Below are positions 46,271 through 54,694 of a DNA stretch of 64,000 nucleotides, piece by piece. A model generated the notes under the pieces. The model was given only the letters and a program-made list of their open reading frames with translations, was not told where the DNA came from and did no database searches. The stretch comes from Bryobacterales bacterium (GTDB lineage: Bacteria > Acidobacteriota > Terriglobia > Bryobacterales > UBA6623). Each line of letters begins with the position of its first letter. The first letter of the stretch is position 1. The stretch covers positions 4,169,844 to 4,233,843 of the forward strand of contig OZ241376.1 in assembly GCA_965200705.1 (NCBI GenBank), given 5' to 3'. The translations under genes and the position numbers were made by a program.

Positions 46271-46666
46271 CTACGACTGTCGCACCCGGCAGGTGCCTCT
46301 GGACCCGCCAAGGGCCTGACGGTTCTTCGCCACTTGCTCGTAGGCCCAGTCCAGCATGTAGCTCGGTAGATGGCGGAACAGGGCCAGCGCCCTCCAAGGC
46401 CAGCCCATCCTGCTGCAAATGAAGAGTACTGCCGCCGACTTGGACAGCGGGACGGCCTGATCCGACGTTGTTCCTGGCCAAACAAGCATCGAGTCGCATG
46501 CTGTTGCATCAGGGGGCAGTCCCGTCAGCAGCGCCTCTGCCGAGTCGCTCTCGAACGGAACGAATTCGAACGCTTCGCACGAGTCCTGTGACCGAACGAA
46601 TGCCACGGCTCGACAGCAGAGCGGGCATGTGCCGTCGTAAGCGATCAGGTGCTGCCGTTCAGCCAC
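46271..46666 (-). CDS. Thiol-disulfide oxidoreductase DCC family (DUF393)
   Basis: ORF 46271..46837. GTG 46666 gives VAERQHLIAYDGTCPLCCRAVAFV...RHLPSYMLDWAYEQVAKNR. Confidence 0.7.
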   Translation of the reverse strand: MAERQHLIAYDGTCPLCCRAVAFVRSQDSCEAFEFVPFESDSAEALLTGLPPDATACDSMLVWPGTTSDQAVPLSKSAAVLFICSRMGWPWRALALFRHLPSYMLDWAYEQVAKNRQALGGSRGTCRVRQS

Positions 46667-47142
46667 GGATGCAATGCCATCGAGGGGTCGGCGATCTGGT
46701 CGAGGCTCGTGTACCAGTAGCGCTGCCAGCCGTCCTTCGGCAGACCCATGAACATCATCAGGTTTAGCGGATAGGTTCCGGCCGAGTCCGACCACCTGCG
46801 AATGTCGTCCCGGAAGAGGAACGTCGGCTTGTTCCACGCAATGGCCATGCCCACTTCGACCATTACGCCCTCGTCAGGAGGGCAGCCGTTTACGACGGCG
46901 AAGATCCCGTCCGCCTCACGGACATCCGCCGCGTCAGCGACCCCAATTCGGTAGGCGCGGTCGTCCACATCCGGTCCGCACTGGTTGTTGCGGGCGAACG
47001 GCTCCCAGACCTCAGCGCCGATGCTCTCGAGCGCCGCCACAAGCTCGGGCAGTGGCCCTGATTTGGTTTGTTCGGAGAATCCGTAAGGATTCGCGAGATA
47101 GAGCGTCTTCCGCTTTCTCATAGAGGAGCTGGGGCTCGGCAT
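46645..47142 (-). CDS. Nucleoside 2-deoxyribosyltransferase-like protein
   Basis: TLYLANPYGFSE...ADGIFAVVNGCPPDEGVMVEVGMAIAWNKPTFLF. Confidence 0.65.
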   Translation of the reverse strand: MPSPSSSMRKRKTLYLANPYGFSEQTKSGPLPELVAALESIGAEVWEPFARNNQCGPDVDDRAYRIGVADAADVREADGIFAVVNGCPPDEGVMVEVGMAIAWNKPTFLFRDDIRRWSDSAGTYPLNLMMFMGLPKDGWQRYWYTSLDQIADPSMALHPWLNGST

Positions 47143-47259
47143 TACGCCTGATTGCAGCCTATCACTGGGTTGTTCCGGTGCGGCGGGCCTAGGTTCTCCG
47201 ATCTGCGCACGACCAGGGAGTGGCGCTCCGCTCTGTCAGGATGTAGGGAGGAAGCGAAG

Positions 47260-47823
47260 TTGGCGCGGATCGTAGTTGGAATCAGCGGCGCCAGCGGCGC
47301 CATCTATGGCCTTCGGCTTCTGGAGCGGCTGTCGGAAGCAAAGGGGGTGGAGACCCACCTCGTCCTGACGCGACCGGGCGAGAAGACGCTGCATCACGAG
47401 ACCGGCAAGACCCGCGCGGATCTCGAGCCGCTTGTGGAGGAAGTGCACGCGGTCGAGCGTATTGGCGCCTCAATCGCGAGCGGTTCTTTCCGCTTCGACG
47501 CGATGGTGATCGTCCCGTGCTCCGTGAACACCATGTCGGCGATCGCGGGCGGCCTCGCATCGAACCTTCTCACCCGAGCCGCTGACGTGGCGCTCAAGGA
47601 GCGGCGACGCCTGGTGCTCGTGGTGCGCGAATCGCCTCTTCATCTGGGACATTTGCGGAGGATGGTGTCTCTAGCCGAAATGGGAGCGCTGATCGCGCCG
47701 CCAATGCCGGTGTTCTACACCCATCCGAAGTCCATTGAAGATGTCGTGGACCAGCAGGTTGGGCGGATCATGGACCAGCTTGGTGTCGCCGACAAGCGCA
47801 TCAAGCGCTGGACCGGAATCTAG
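47260..47823 (+). CDS. ubiX: Flavin prenyltransferase UbiX
   Basis: ORF 47152..47823. TTG 47260 follows GGGAGG. RIVVGISGASGAIYGLRLLE...MVIVPCSVNTMSAIAGG...RRLVLVVRESPLHLGHLRRM. Confidence 0.85.
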   Translation: MARIVVGISGASGAIYGLRLLERLSEAKGVETHLVLTRPGEKTLHHETGKTRADLEPLVEEVHAVERIGASIASGSFRFDAMVIVPCSVNTMSAIAGGLASNLLTRAADVALKERRRLVLVVRESPLHLGHLRRMVSLAEMGALIAPPMPVFYTHPKSIEDVVDQQVGRIMDQLGVADKRIKRWTGI

Positions 47824-47824
47824 G

Positions 47825-49066
47825 ATGCGACTGGCAGTCAGACGTTCGGCAGGGTTCGCAGCGATCTGGCTGGCCCTTCCCACCTACGCGGTCGCCGAGG
47901 ACTGGCCCCAGTTCCGTGGGCCGCAGCGTGACGGGGTGTATCGCGGCGTGGAGACGGTTCCGCCGTTCGCGGCAACCGGACCGGAAGTGCTTTGGGAACG
48001 TGCCGTCGGTAGGGGATTCAGTGCGCCGGCAGTGTCCGGGGAGCGGGTGATCCTGTTCCACAGGCGCGGCAATCTGGAGGTTGTCGAGGCGTTGGATGTC
48101 GCCAACGGCAAGACGCTCTGGGAGTCGTCGTCCGAGACTCGCTATCGGGACGACTTCGGGTTCGACAACGGACCTAGGGCCACGCCCGTCATCGCTGACG
48201 GCAGGGTCTACACCTTCGGGGCGCAAGGGTTCCTCAGTTGCCTCGATCTTGAAACCGGCGAGAAGCTATGGAGCCGGGACACTCACAGCGCCTTCGGAGT
48301 TCGCAAGGGGTTCTTCGGCGCGGCATCGACGCCGCTCGTGCTGGACGGCAAGGTCCTCGCGAACGTGGGCGGAACACTCGGATCGGGCATCGTCGCTCTG
48401 GAGGCGGCAACGGGCGAAATGCTTTGGAGCGCCACCGATCACGAGGCCAGCTATGCGTCGCCTGTTGCTGCGCGCCTGGACGGCAAGGTGCAGGCGGTGT
48501 TCTTCACGCGCCAAGGGCTGGTCGTGGTGGATCCCGCTGACGGCGCCATTTCCTATGAGCGGCGCTGGCAGTCCCGGAGCAGGGCTTCCGTGAATGCATC
48601 CACGCCTCTCGTACGGGAGGACGTGGTCTTTCTGTCGGCGTCTTACGGGACTGGCGCAATCGCGATGCGTCTGTGCAATCGGGTGATTGAGGAGTTGTGG
48701 TCCGGCGAGAGCAGCCTCAACAACCACTACTCGAGTTCCGTGCTTGCAGGCGGCACGGTCTATGGGTTCCACGGTCGGCAGGAGTATGGTCAGAGCCTTC
48801 GTGCGATCGACTTGGCATCGGGCGAGGTCCTCTGGTCGGAGGACGGAATGAAGGCAGGATCCGTGACGCTGGTCGGTGATCGCTTGGTCCTGCTGCTGGA
48901 GTCGGGTGAGCTGGTTCTGGCCAAGGCCACTGCAGACAAATTCGAGCGGACGGCCCAGGCCCAGGTGCTCGCATCGGAGACCCGAGCGTTTCTGGCCATT
49001 TCCGCTGGACGGGTGTTCGCGCGCGACACGGACACGCTGGTCTGCCTTCGTCTGTGGGATGAGTAG
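47825..49066 (+). CDS. PQQ-like beta-propeller repeat protein (BamB-like fold), secreted
   Basis: ORF 47735..49066. ATG 47825 gives the signal peptide MRLAVRRSAGFAAIWLALPTYAVA. Then DWPQFRGPQRDGV and repeated GK.LW / G..LW blades. Confidence 0.75.
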   Translation: MRLAVRRSAGFAAIWLALPTYAVAEDWPQFRGPQRDGVYRGVETVPPFAATGPEVLWERAVGRGFSAPAVSGERVILFHRRGNLEVVEALDVANGKTLWESSSETRYRDDFGFDNGPRATPVIADGRVYTFGAQGFLSCLDLETGEKLWSRDTHSAFGVRKGFFGAASTPLVLDGKVLANVGGTLGSGIVALEAATGEMLWSATDHEASYASPVAARLDGKVQAVFFTRQGLVVVDPADGAISYERRWQSRSRASVNASTPLVREDVVFLSASYGTGAIAMRLCNRVIEELWSGESSLNNHYSSSVLAGGTVYGFHGRQEYGQSLRAIDLASGEVLWSEDGMKAGSVTLVGDRLVLLLESGELVLAKATADKFERTAQAQVLASETRAFLAISAGRVFARDTDTLVCLRLWDE

Positions 49067-49350
49067 ACCGGGCCCCATCAAGCAAAGCCTTGTTCGATTG
49101 GCCATGTCAGCCCTTGCTGACTGCGCCGGGCCTGCTTCCAACAGGTCCATGCAACGCCGAGGTTCGCGAGCCTACAATCGCAGCTCCGCTTCGTCAGGCT
49201 CCCGCCCCGTCGAGGACCAAGGTGCCTAGGGGTCGCTGCCTAGCCCTTTTGCCGTCGCGAAGTGGGGACGGCGCCGGTTCGTATCGGTTGAGGATTGCGG
49301 AGGTGGGCTAGAATATCGCCGTTGGTAGAGAGCCAACAGGGGGAACTGAA

Positions 49351-50151
49351 TTGAAATCTGGCAAGATCGCCGCGCTTCTCTTCGCGGTGTTGGTGTGCGT
49401 TCCAGCGCTGGCCCAACACGCCGACGACACCGAGAGGAATCCGTACACATCCGAAGACGACGTGGCTGCTGGTGGGCGGACCTATCGCTCACATTGCGCC
49501 GTCTGCCATGGCATGGAAGGTGAGGGTGGCCGTGGGGTGGCTCTCGACACAGGCCTTTTTCGGCATGGATCCTCGGACCGAGACCTGTTTGGCACTATCT
49601 CGGTCGGTATCCCGGGCACCGAGATGCCGGGCACATTCTTCAACGGCCGTCAGCTATGGCAGATCGTGGCTTTTGTCCGCTCTCTGAGCGCGGGCCGCGC
49701 GTCGGAGCAGGCCCAGGGTGACTCAGAGGCCGGCATGGCCGTCTACAAGGCGCACGGCTGTGCGGTCTGCCACCGCGTGCGCGGAGACGGCGGCAGGATG
49801 GGGCCCGACTTGAGCAACATTGGCGCCATGCGGTCGCTCGGGCACTTGCAGGAGGCTGTGCGCGATCCGAACGCCGAAGTGCTGCCCCAACACTGGATGG
49901 TCAAGGCCAAGACCAACTCAGGCGCCACGGTGACTGGGATGCGTCTGAACGAGGACACCTTCTCGGTGCAGATCATTGACGGCACCGGTCGCCTTGCTTC
50001 GTACTCCAAGGCGGACTTCTCCGAGTTCGAGGTGGATCGGTCGTCCACGATGCCGTCGTACGCCGACCAGATCGCGGGCGCGGACTTCGACAACCTGATT
50101 GCCTACCTCGCCAGCCTAGACATTCGAGGAGGCTCCAGTGCCACGGAATAG
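49351..50151 (+). CDS. Di-haem c-type cytochrome (second domain of the Pirellula/Verrucomicrobium haem-binding type)
   Basis: TTG start after AGGGGG, signal peptide, CAVCHG (first haem) and CAVCHR...GPDLSNIG (second haem), then STMPSY and DNLIAYLASL. Confidence 0.85.
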   Translation: MKSGKIAALLFAVLVCVPALAQHADDTERNPYTSEDDVAAGGRTYRSHCAVCHGMEGEGGRGVALDTGLFRHGSSDRDLFGTISVGIPGTEMPGTFFNGRQLWQIVAFVRSLSAGRASEQAQGDSEAGMAVYKAHGCAVCHRVRGDGGRMGPDLSNIGAMRSLGHLQEAVRDPNAEVLPQHWMVKAKTNSGATVTGMRLNEDTFSVQIIDGTGRLASYSKADFSEFEVDRSSTMPSYADQIAGADFDNLIAYLASLDIRGGSSATE

Positions 50152-51763
50152 AACACTCTGCCTAGCGGCCGTCGGCTGCGTCCTTCTAGCCGGCTCCTTG
50201 GGAGCGCAGGTCACGTACGAGCGCATCCTCAATGCGGACAAGGAGCCTGGAAACTGGCTGACCTACAACCGGACCTACGACAGCCAGCACCACTCCTCCC
50301 TTGATGAGATCAACCGGGAGAACGCCGCGGACCTGGAACTGAAGTGGGCCTACCAGACGCGGTCGCTGGAGAAGTTCGAGATGACACCGCTCGTAGTGGA
50401 CGACGTCATGTACATCGTGCAGATGCCGAACGACGTCATGGCCCTGGACGCCAAGACGGGCAGAAGGTACTGGGAGTACAGACACATCCTGGATGGCACG
50501 GTCAACGTCTGCTGCGGAAGGATCAATCGTGGTCTGGCGATATTCGGTGACTCGATCTACATGGGCACCATCGACGGCAAGCTGGTAGCCCTTGACGCCA
50601 AGACTGGCGCGGTTCAGTTCACAAAGCAGATCGTCGACCCGACCGGCGGGTACTCGCTAACGCATGCCCCGCTTGTGGTCAAGGACAAGCTGATCTTGGG
50701 CTCCGCCGGTGGCGAGTACGGGATCCGCGGTTTCATCGCGGCTCTGGATCCCTCCAACGGTGAGGAGCTGTGGCGATTCAACACCATCCCCGGTCCTGGC
50801 GAGCCCGGGCACGAAACCTGGTCCGGCGACTCCTGGAAGCGGGGCGGGGGATCGATCTGGCTGACTGGATCGTACGATCCAGAACTCAACCTGACGTACT
50901 GGGGTGTGGGCAACCCAGCGCCCGACTGGAACGGCGATGTCCGGCTGGGCGACAACCTGTACAGCGACTCGGTCGTGGCGCTCGATCCCGACACTGGAGA
51001 GCTCAAGTGGTACTTCCAGTTCACGCCGCACGACGAGTGGGATTGGGACTCGGTGCAGATTCCGGTTCTTGTGGACCGCGAATGGGAGGGCAAGCAACGC
51101 AAGCTCATGCTCTGGGCGAATCGCAACGGATTCTTCTACGTGCTCGACCGGGCAACCGGCGAGTTCCTGCACGGCAAGAACTTCGTCAAGGTCACGTGGG
51201 CCAAGGGCCTCGACGAGAATGGCCGCCCCATCAAGATCCCCGAGGCTTCACCCAAGCGGGAAGGTACGCGGGTGTGGCCATCTGTGCAGGGCGCAACGAA
51301 CTGGTACAACCCCTCCTATAGCGAGAAGACCGGGCTCTTCTATGTCTCGTCCTGGGAGTATTCGAGCGTCTTTCACAAGGGTGATCCGCTCTACACGCGC
51401 GGCAACCGCTACGTGGGCAGCCTACCGCGTGGCGTTTGGCCGAACACGATGAAGGATGACGCGGAGCAGCAAGGCCATGGCGCGATTCGAGCACTCTCCC
51501 CGACTACCGGGAACATGGAGTGGGAGTTCCGCATGACCGGCATCGGCGAGAGCGGAATCCTGTCAACTGCCGGCGACATCCTGATCACGGGCAACCGTGA
51601 CGGTCAGATGCTGATCCTGGACTCGTTCACGGGCAGGGATCTCGCGTCCAAGAATCTCGGCGGCATCATTGCGGCGTCGCCGATCACATTCACGGCAGGC
51701 GGGGAGCAACGCATCGCCCTCATGTCCGGGAACACGGTTTTCGTGTTTGGACTGCGGAAGTAG
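50138..51763 (+). CDS. PQQ-dependent alcohol/methanol-family dehydrogenase
   Basis: GTG 50138 after GGAGG, overlapping the cytochrome gene end. NWLTYNRTYDSQHHSSLDEIN, vicinal CC (50510-50515), GGGSIWLTGSYDPELNLTYWGVGNPAP, TPHDEWDWDS (D-W-D at 51041-51049), and NRNGFFYVLDRATGEF. Confidence 0.9.
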   Translation: MPRNRTLCLAAVGCVLLAGSLGAQVTYERILNADKEPGNWLTYNRTYDSQHHSSLDEINRENAADLELKWAYQTRSLEKFEMTPLVVDDVMYIVQMPNDVMALDAKTGRRYWEYRHILDGTVNVCCGRINRGLAIFGDSIYMGTIDGKLVALDAKTGAVQFTKQIVDPTGGYSLTHAPLVVKDKLILGSAGGEYGIRGFIAALDPSNGEELWRFNTIPGPGEPGHETWSGDSWKRGGGSIWLTGSYDPELNLTYWGVGNPAPDWNGDVRLGDNLYSDSVVALDPDTGELKWYFQFTPHDEWDWDSVQIPVLVDREWEGKQRKLMLWANRNGFFYVLDRATGEFLHGKNFVKVTWAKGLDENGRPIKIPEASPKREGTRVWPSVQGATNWYNPSYSEKTGLFYVSSWEYSSVFHKGDPLYTRGNRYVGSLPRGVWPNTMKDDAEQQGHGAIRALSPTTGNMEWEFRMTGIGESGILSTAGDILITGNRDGQMLILDSFTGRDLASKNLGGIIAASPITFTAGGEQRIALMSGNTVFVFGLRK

Positions 51764-51778
51764 CGCCGGCTAGGGTCC

Positions 51779-53212
51779 TCAGACAGCGTGGGTCTTCCAG
51801 CGGCCTCGCCTGAACAGCCAGTAGCCGACCAGTGCCCAGGTCGCACCGGCGATGACGACGGAAGAGTACGTGCCGAGCACGCCGAACCCTGCTGGCCGCG
51901 CCAGGTAGTAGCCCAGCGGAAGCTGCAAGAACCAGTAGCAGAAGAAGTTGATCCAAGCTGGCGTCGCGGTGTCCCCGGCACCGTTAAACGCTTGGCCGAA
52001 GACCATCGAGAATCCGGCGAAGATGTATCCGGTGCTGAGGATCTTGAGGCTTTCGGTGCCGCGCGCGATGACCTCGGAGTCGGTATTGAATACCGAAATA
52101 AGGGACTCGGCGAAGGTCCAGAACACGAGCGAGATGACGCTGAGCAGTCCGAAGTTCACCAAGCTGGTCGCCACCACTGCACGCTCGGCGCGCTTCGGCT
52201 TGTTGGCTCCGAGGCTCTGGCCGACCAACGTGGCCGCCGCGTTGCTGACGCCCCACGACGGCAGAATCGCGAAGTGAATCAACCGAAGGGTAATGGTGTA
52301 GCCCGCTAGAGTCTTCTGTCCAAACAGCGCAATGATGCGCGTAACGCCCATCCACGCGGCTGTGGCGACGAAGAACTGCAGCATGCCCGTCATGGACACG
52401 CTCAGTAGTCGGCGGAGCACGTTGACGTTCAGGCGCATCGCATTCCTGTCCAGCTTGAGCCGTCCTGTGCCGCGCCACAGGACGGTCAGCTGGTAGACGA
52501 CGCCGGTCCCGCGGCCGATCGTTGTGGCAACCGCTGCGCCGGCAAGTCCAAGTTCCGGAAAGGGTCCCAAGCCGAAGATCAGCAGAGGATCCAGGGCGAT
52601 GTTGATCAGGTTGGCGAACCAGAGGGCACGCATGGCCACGGTCGCGTCTCCGGCTCCCCGGAAGATCGCGTTGTTGAGGAACAGCAGGAAGATCGTGACC
52701 GAGCCAGCGAACAAGATCGCCGTGTAGGCGTACCCGTCAACGATCGCCGGCGTGCCACCCATCCACCGCAGGAGCGACGGCGCCAACAGGACTCCGCACA
52801 GACTGACCGGCACTGCGCCGAAGACCCCGGCGAGGATCGACTGCCATGCCGTGATGCTGGCCTCCTCCACTCGGCCCTCGCCAATGCGACGGGAGACCAT
52901 CGCCGTTGTGCCCATTGACAGGCCCATCACGATGGCGAATACCAGGATGATGAGAGAGGCCGTCAGGCCGACGGTGGCGACGGCTGCCGGACCGAGCCGT
53001 CCGACAAAGTAAATGTCGACCACGCCGAACGTGGATTCCATCACCAGCTCGAGCATCATCGGGAGCGCGAGCAGTACGATGGCGCGGGATAGCGGGCCCT
53101 TGGTGTAGTCCTCGCGCGACCCCCGGATCGCGTCCCACGCCGCGTACCAGAGTGACGCCGACGGATCGCGTCTGGCGGAATAGCCGCCCCGGTCCACGCC
53201 GTCCTGCTCCAT
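51779..53212 (-). CDS. MATE-family efflux transporter
   Basis: 12-TM pattern. LALPMMLELVMESTFGVVDIYFVGRLG and a second-half repeat. Confidence 0.85.
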   Translation of the reverse strand: MEQDGVDRGGYSARRDPSASLWYAAWDAIRGSREDYTKGPLSRAIVLLALPMMLELVMESTFGVVDIYFVGRLGPAAVATVGLTASLIILVFAIVMGLSMGTTAMVSRRIGEGRVEEASITAWQSILAGVFGAVPVSLCGVLLAPSLLRWMGGTPAIVDGYAYTAILFAGSVTIFLLFLNNAIFRGAGDATVAMRALWFANLINIALDPLLIFGLGPFPELGLAGAAVATTIGRGTGVVYQLTVLWRGTGRLKLDRNAMRLNVNVLRRLLSVSMTGMLQFFVATAAWMGVTRIIALFGQKTLAGYTITLRLIHFAILPSWGVSNAAATLVGQSLGANKPKRAERAVVATSLVNFGLLSVISLVFWTFAESLISVFNTDSEVIARGTESLKILSTGYIFAGFSMVFGQAFNGAGDTATPAWINFFCYWFLQLPLGYYLARPAGFGVLGTYSSVVIAGATWALVGYWLFRRGRWKTHAV

Positions 53213-53308
53213 GGGGGCTCCCGAACTGGTCAGGCTGGCTGGGCCGGGAATCCTGATTCTTGCACAGTGTCCGACGCCTGGAATCGTCAGGGACTCGGCG
53301 CTGTGCGG

Positions 53309-54694
53309 TTAGTGCGAGGTCGCTTCGGCTTGGATGCCGAGGGCCCGCATTTTGCGGTGCAGGTTGCTGCGGTCCATCCCGAGGGCCCTTGCCGCACGGG
53401 TCACGTTGCCTCCCATCGCGCCAAGGGTTCGGGTGACGTACTCCCGTTCGTAGTGGTTGCGCGCCTCCTTGAGGCTCGCGAACGCTGGCTGGCTGGCCGC
53501 GCTGGCCTGTGGGGTGCGACCGTCGATCGGTAGGTGCTCGGCGCCGACTGCCTCACCGCCGTGGAGGATCGCCATCCGCTCCATCAGGTTGCGCAGCTCC
53601 CGTACGTTGCCTGGCCAGCGCCTCGCGCGCAAGCTGTCGATGGCCGATGGTCGTAGGCGCTTCGGCTTCCGACCATAGGCCTTGGCAAAGCGGTCCAGGA
53701 AGTGGTGCGCAAGAACTGGAATGTCCTCAGCGTGCTGGCGCAGGGGAGGTATGTGCAGGGGAACGACGTTGAGGCGGTAGAACAGATCCTCGCGGAAGTT
53801 TCCATTGACGATCTCGTCGTCGATGCGCTTGTTGGTGGAGGCGATCACTCTCGCATCGACCTGTATCTGCCTTCCTGAACCCACGGGCTCGAAACGCTGC
53901 TCCTCGATTGCGCGCAGGACCTTGGATTGCGTCTTGAGGCTCATGTCGCCGACTTCGTCGAGGAAAAGGGTGCCGCCATGGGCGAGTTCGAACTTGCCCA
54001 CCGAGTCCTGGTCGGCGCCCGCCAGGCTTCCGCGCACGTGTCCGAACAGTTCGCTCTCAATGCGATCTTCTGGAATCGCGGCGCAGTTCACCTCGACAAA
54101 CCTGCCGTTCGCGCGGGGGCTCATCGCATGGATGGCGTGGGCAACGAGTTCCTTGCCGCTGCCGCTTTCTCCGTAGATCAGAGCGCGCGCATTGGTCGGC
54201 GCCATGAGTTCGATCTGTTGGCGAAGCGACTTCATGGGGACGCTGCCTCCGAGGATCGGATGCTCGCGCTCGACTTGGGACCGCAGTGTTGCGTTCTGAG
54301 CCAACAGGCGGCTGTGGTCCGCGGCGTTGCGTACTGCGAGGGTTACGCGGTCGACCGAAAGAGGCTTCTCCAGGAAGTCATGGGCACCCAGCTTCGTGGC
54401 CCGGACAGCCGTCTCGATGTTTCCGTGACCCGAGATCATCACAACCACCGGTCGCCGTGTCTCGGGAACATGCTGGATTTGCTCCAGCGTCTTGAGACCA
54501 TCGATGCCTGAGAGCCAGACATCGAGCAGGACCACGGCGGTGGGCACGGTCGCTATCCGGTCGAGGCACTCCTCACCGCTGGAAACGGCGGCAACTTCAT
54601 AGCACCCTTCGTCCTCGAGGACTCCCGTGAGGGTCTCCCGGATGCTCGGCTCATCGTCGACTACCAGAATCCGTGCGGTGTCGAGTGCGCTCAT
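53309..54694 (-). CDS. ntrX: NtrX/NtrC-type response regulator (receiver + AAA+ + Fis HTH) with a degenerate GAFTGA loop
   Basis: ILVVDDEPSIRE...LLDVWL receiver, GESGSGKELVA Walker A, ELFGHVRGSLAGA in place of GAFTGA (about 54014-54031), GTLFLDEVGDM, and C-terminal GNVTRAARALGMDRSNLHRKMR. Confidence 0.75.
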   Translation of the reverse strand: MSALDTARILVVDDEPSIRETLTGVLEDEGCYEVAAVSSGEECLDRIATVPTAVVLLDVWLSGIDGLKTLEQIQHVPETRRPVVVMISGHGNIETAVRATKLGAHDFLEKPLSVDRVTLAVRNAADHSRLLAQNATLRSQVEREHPILGGSVPMKSLRQQIELMAPTNARALIYGESGSGKELVAHAIHAMSPRANGRFVEVNCAAIPEDRIESELFGHVRGSLAGADQDSVGKFELAHGGTLFLDEVGDMSLKTQSKVLRAIEEQRFEPVGSGRQIQVDARVIASTNKRIDDEIVNGNFREDLFYRLNVVPLHIPPLRQHAEDIPVLAHHFLDRFAKAYGRKPKRLRPSAIDSLRARRWPGNVRELRNLMERMAILHGGEAVGAEHLPIDGRTPQASAASQPAFASLKEARNHYEREYVTRTLGAMGGNVTRAARALGMDRSNLHRKMRALGIQAEATSH

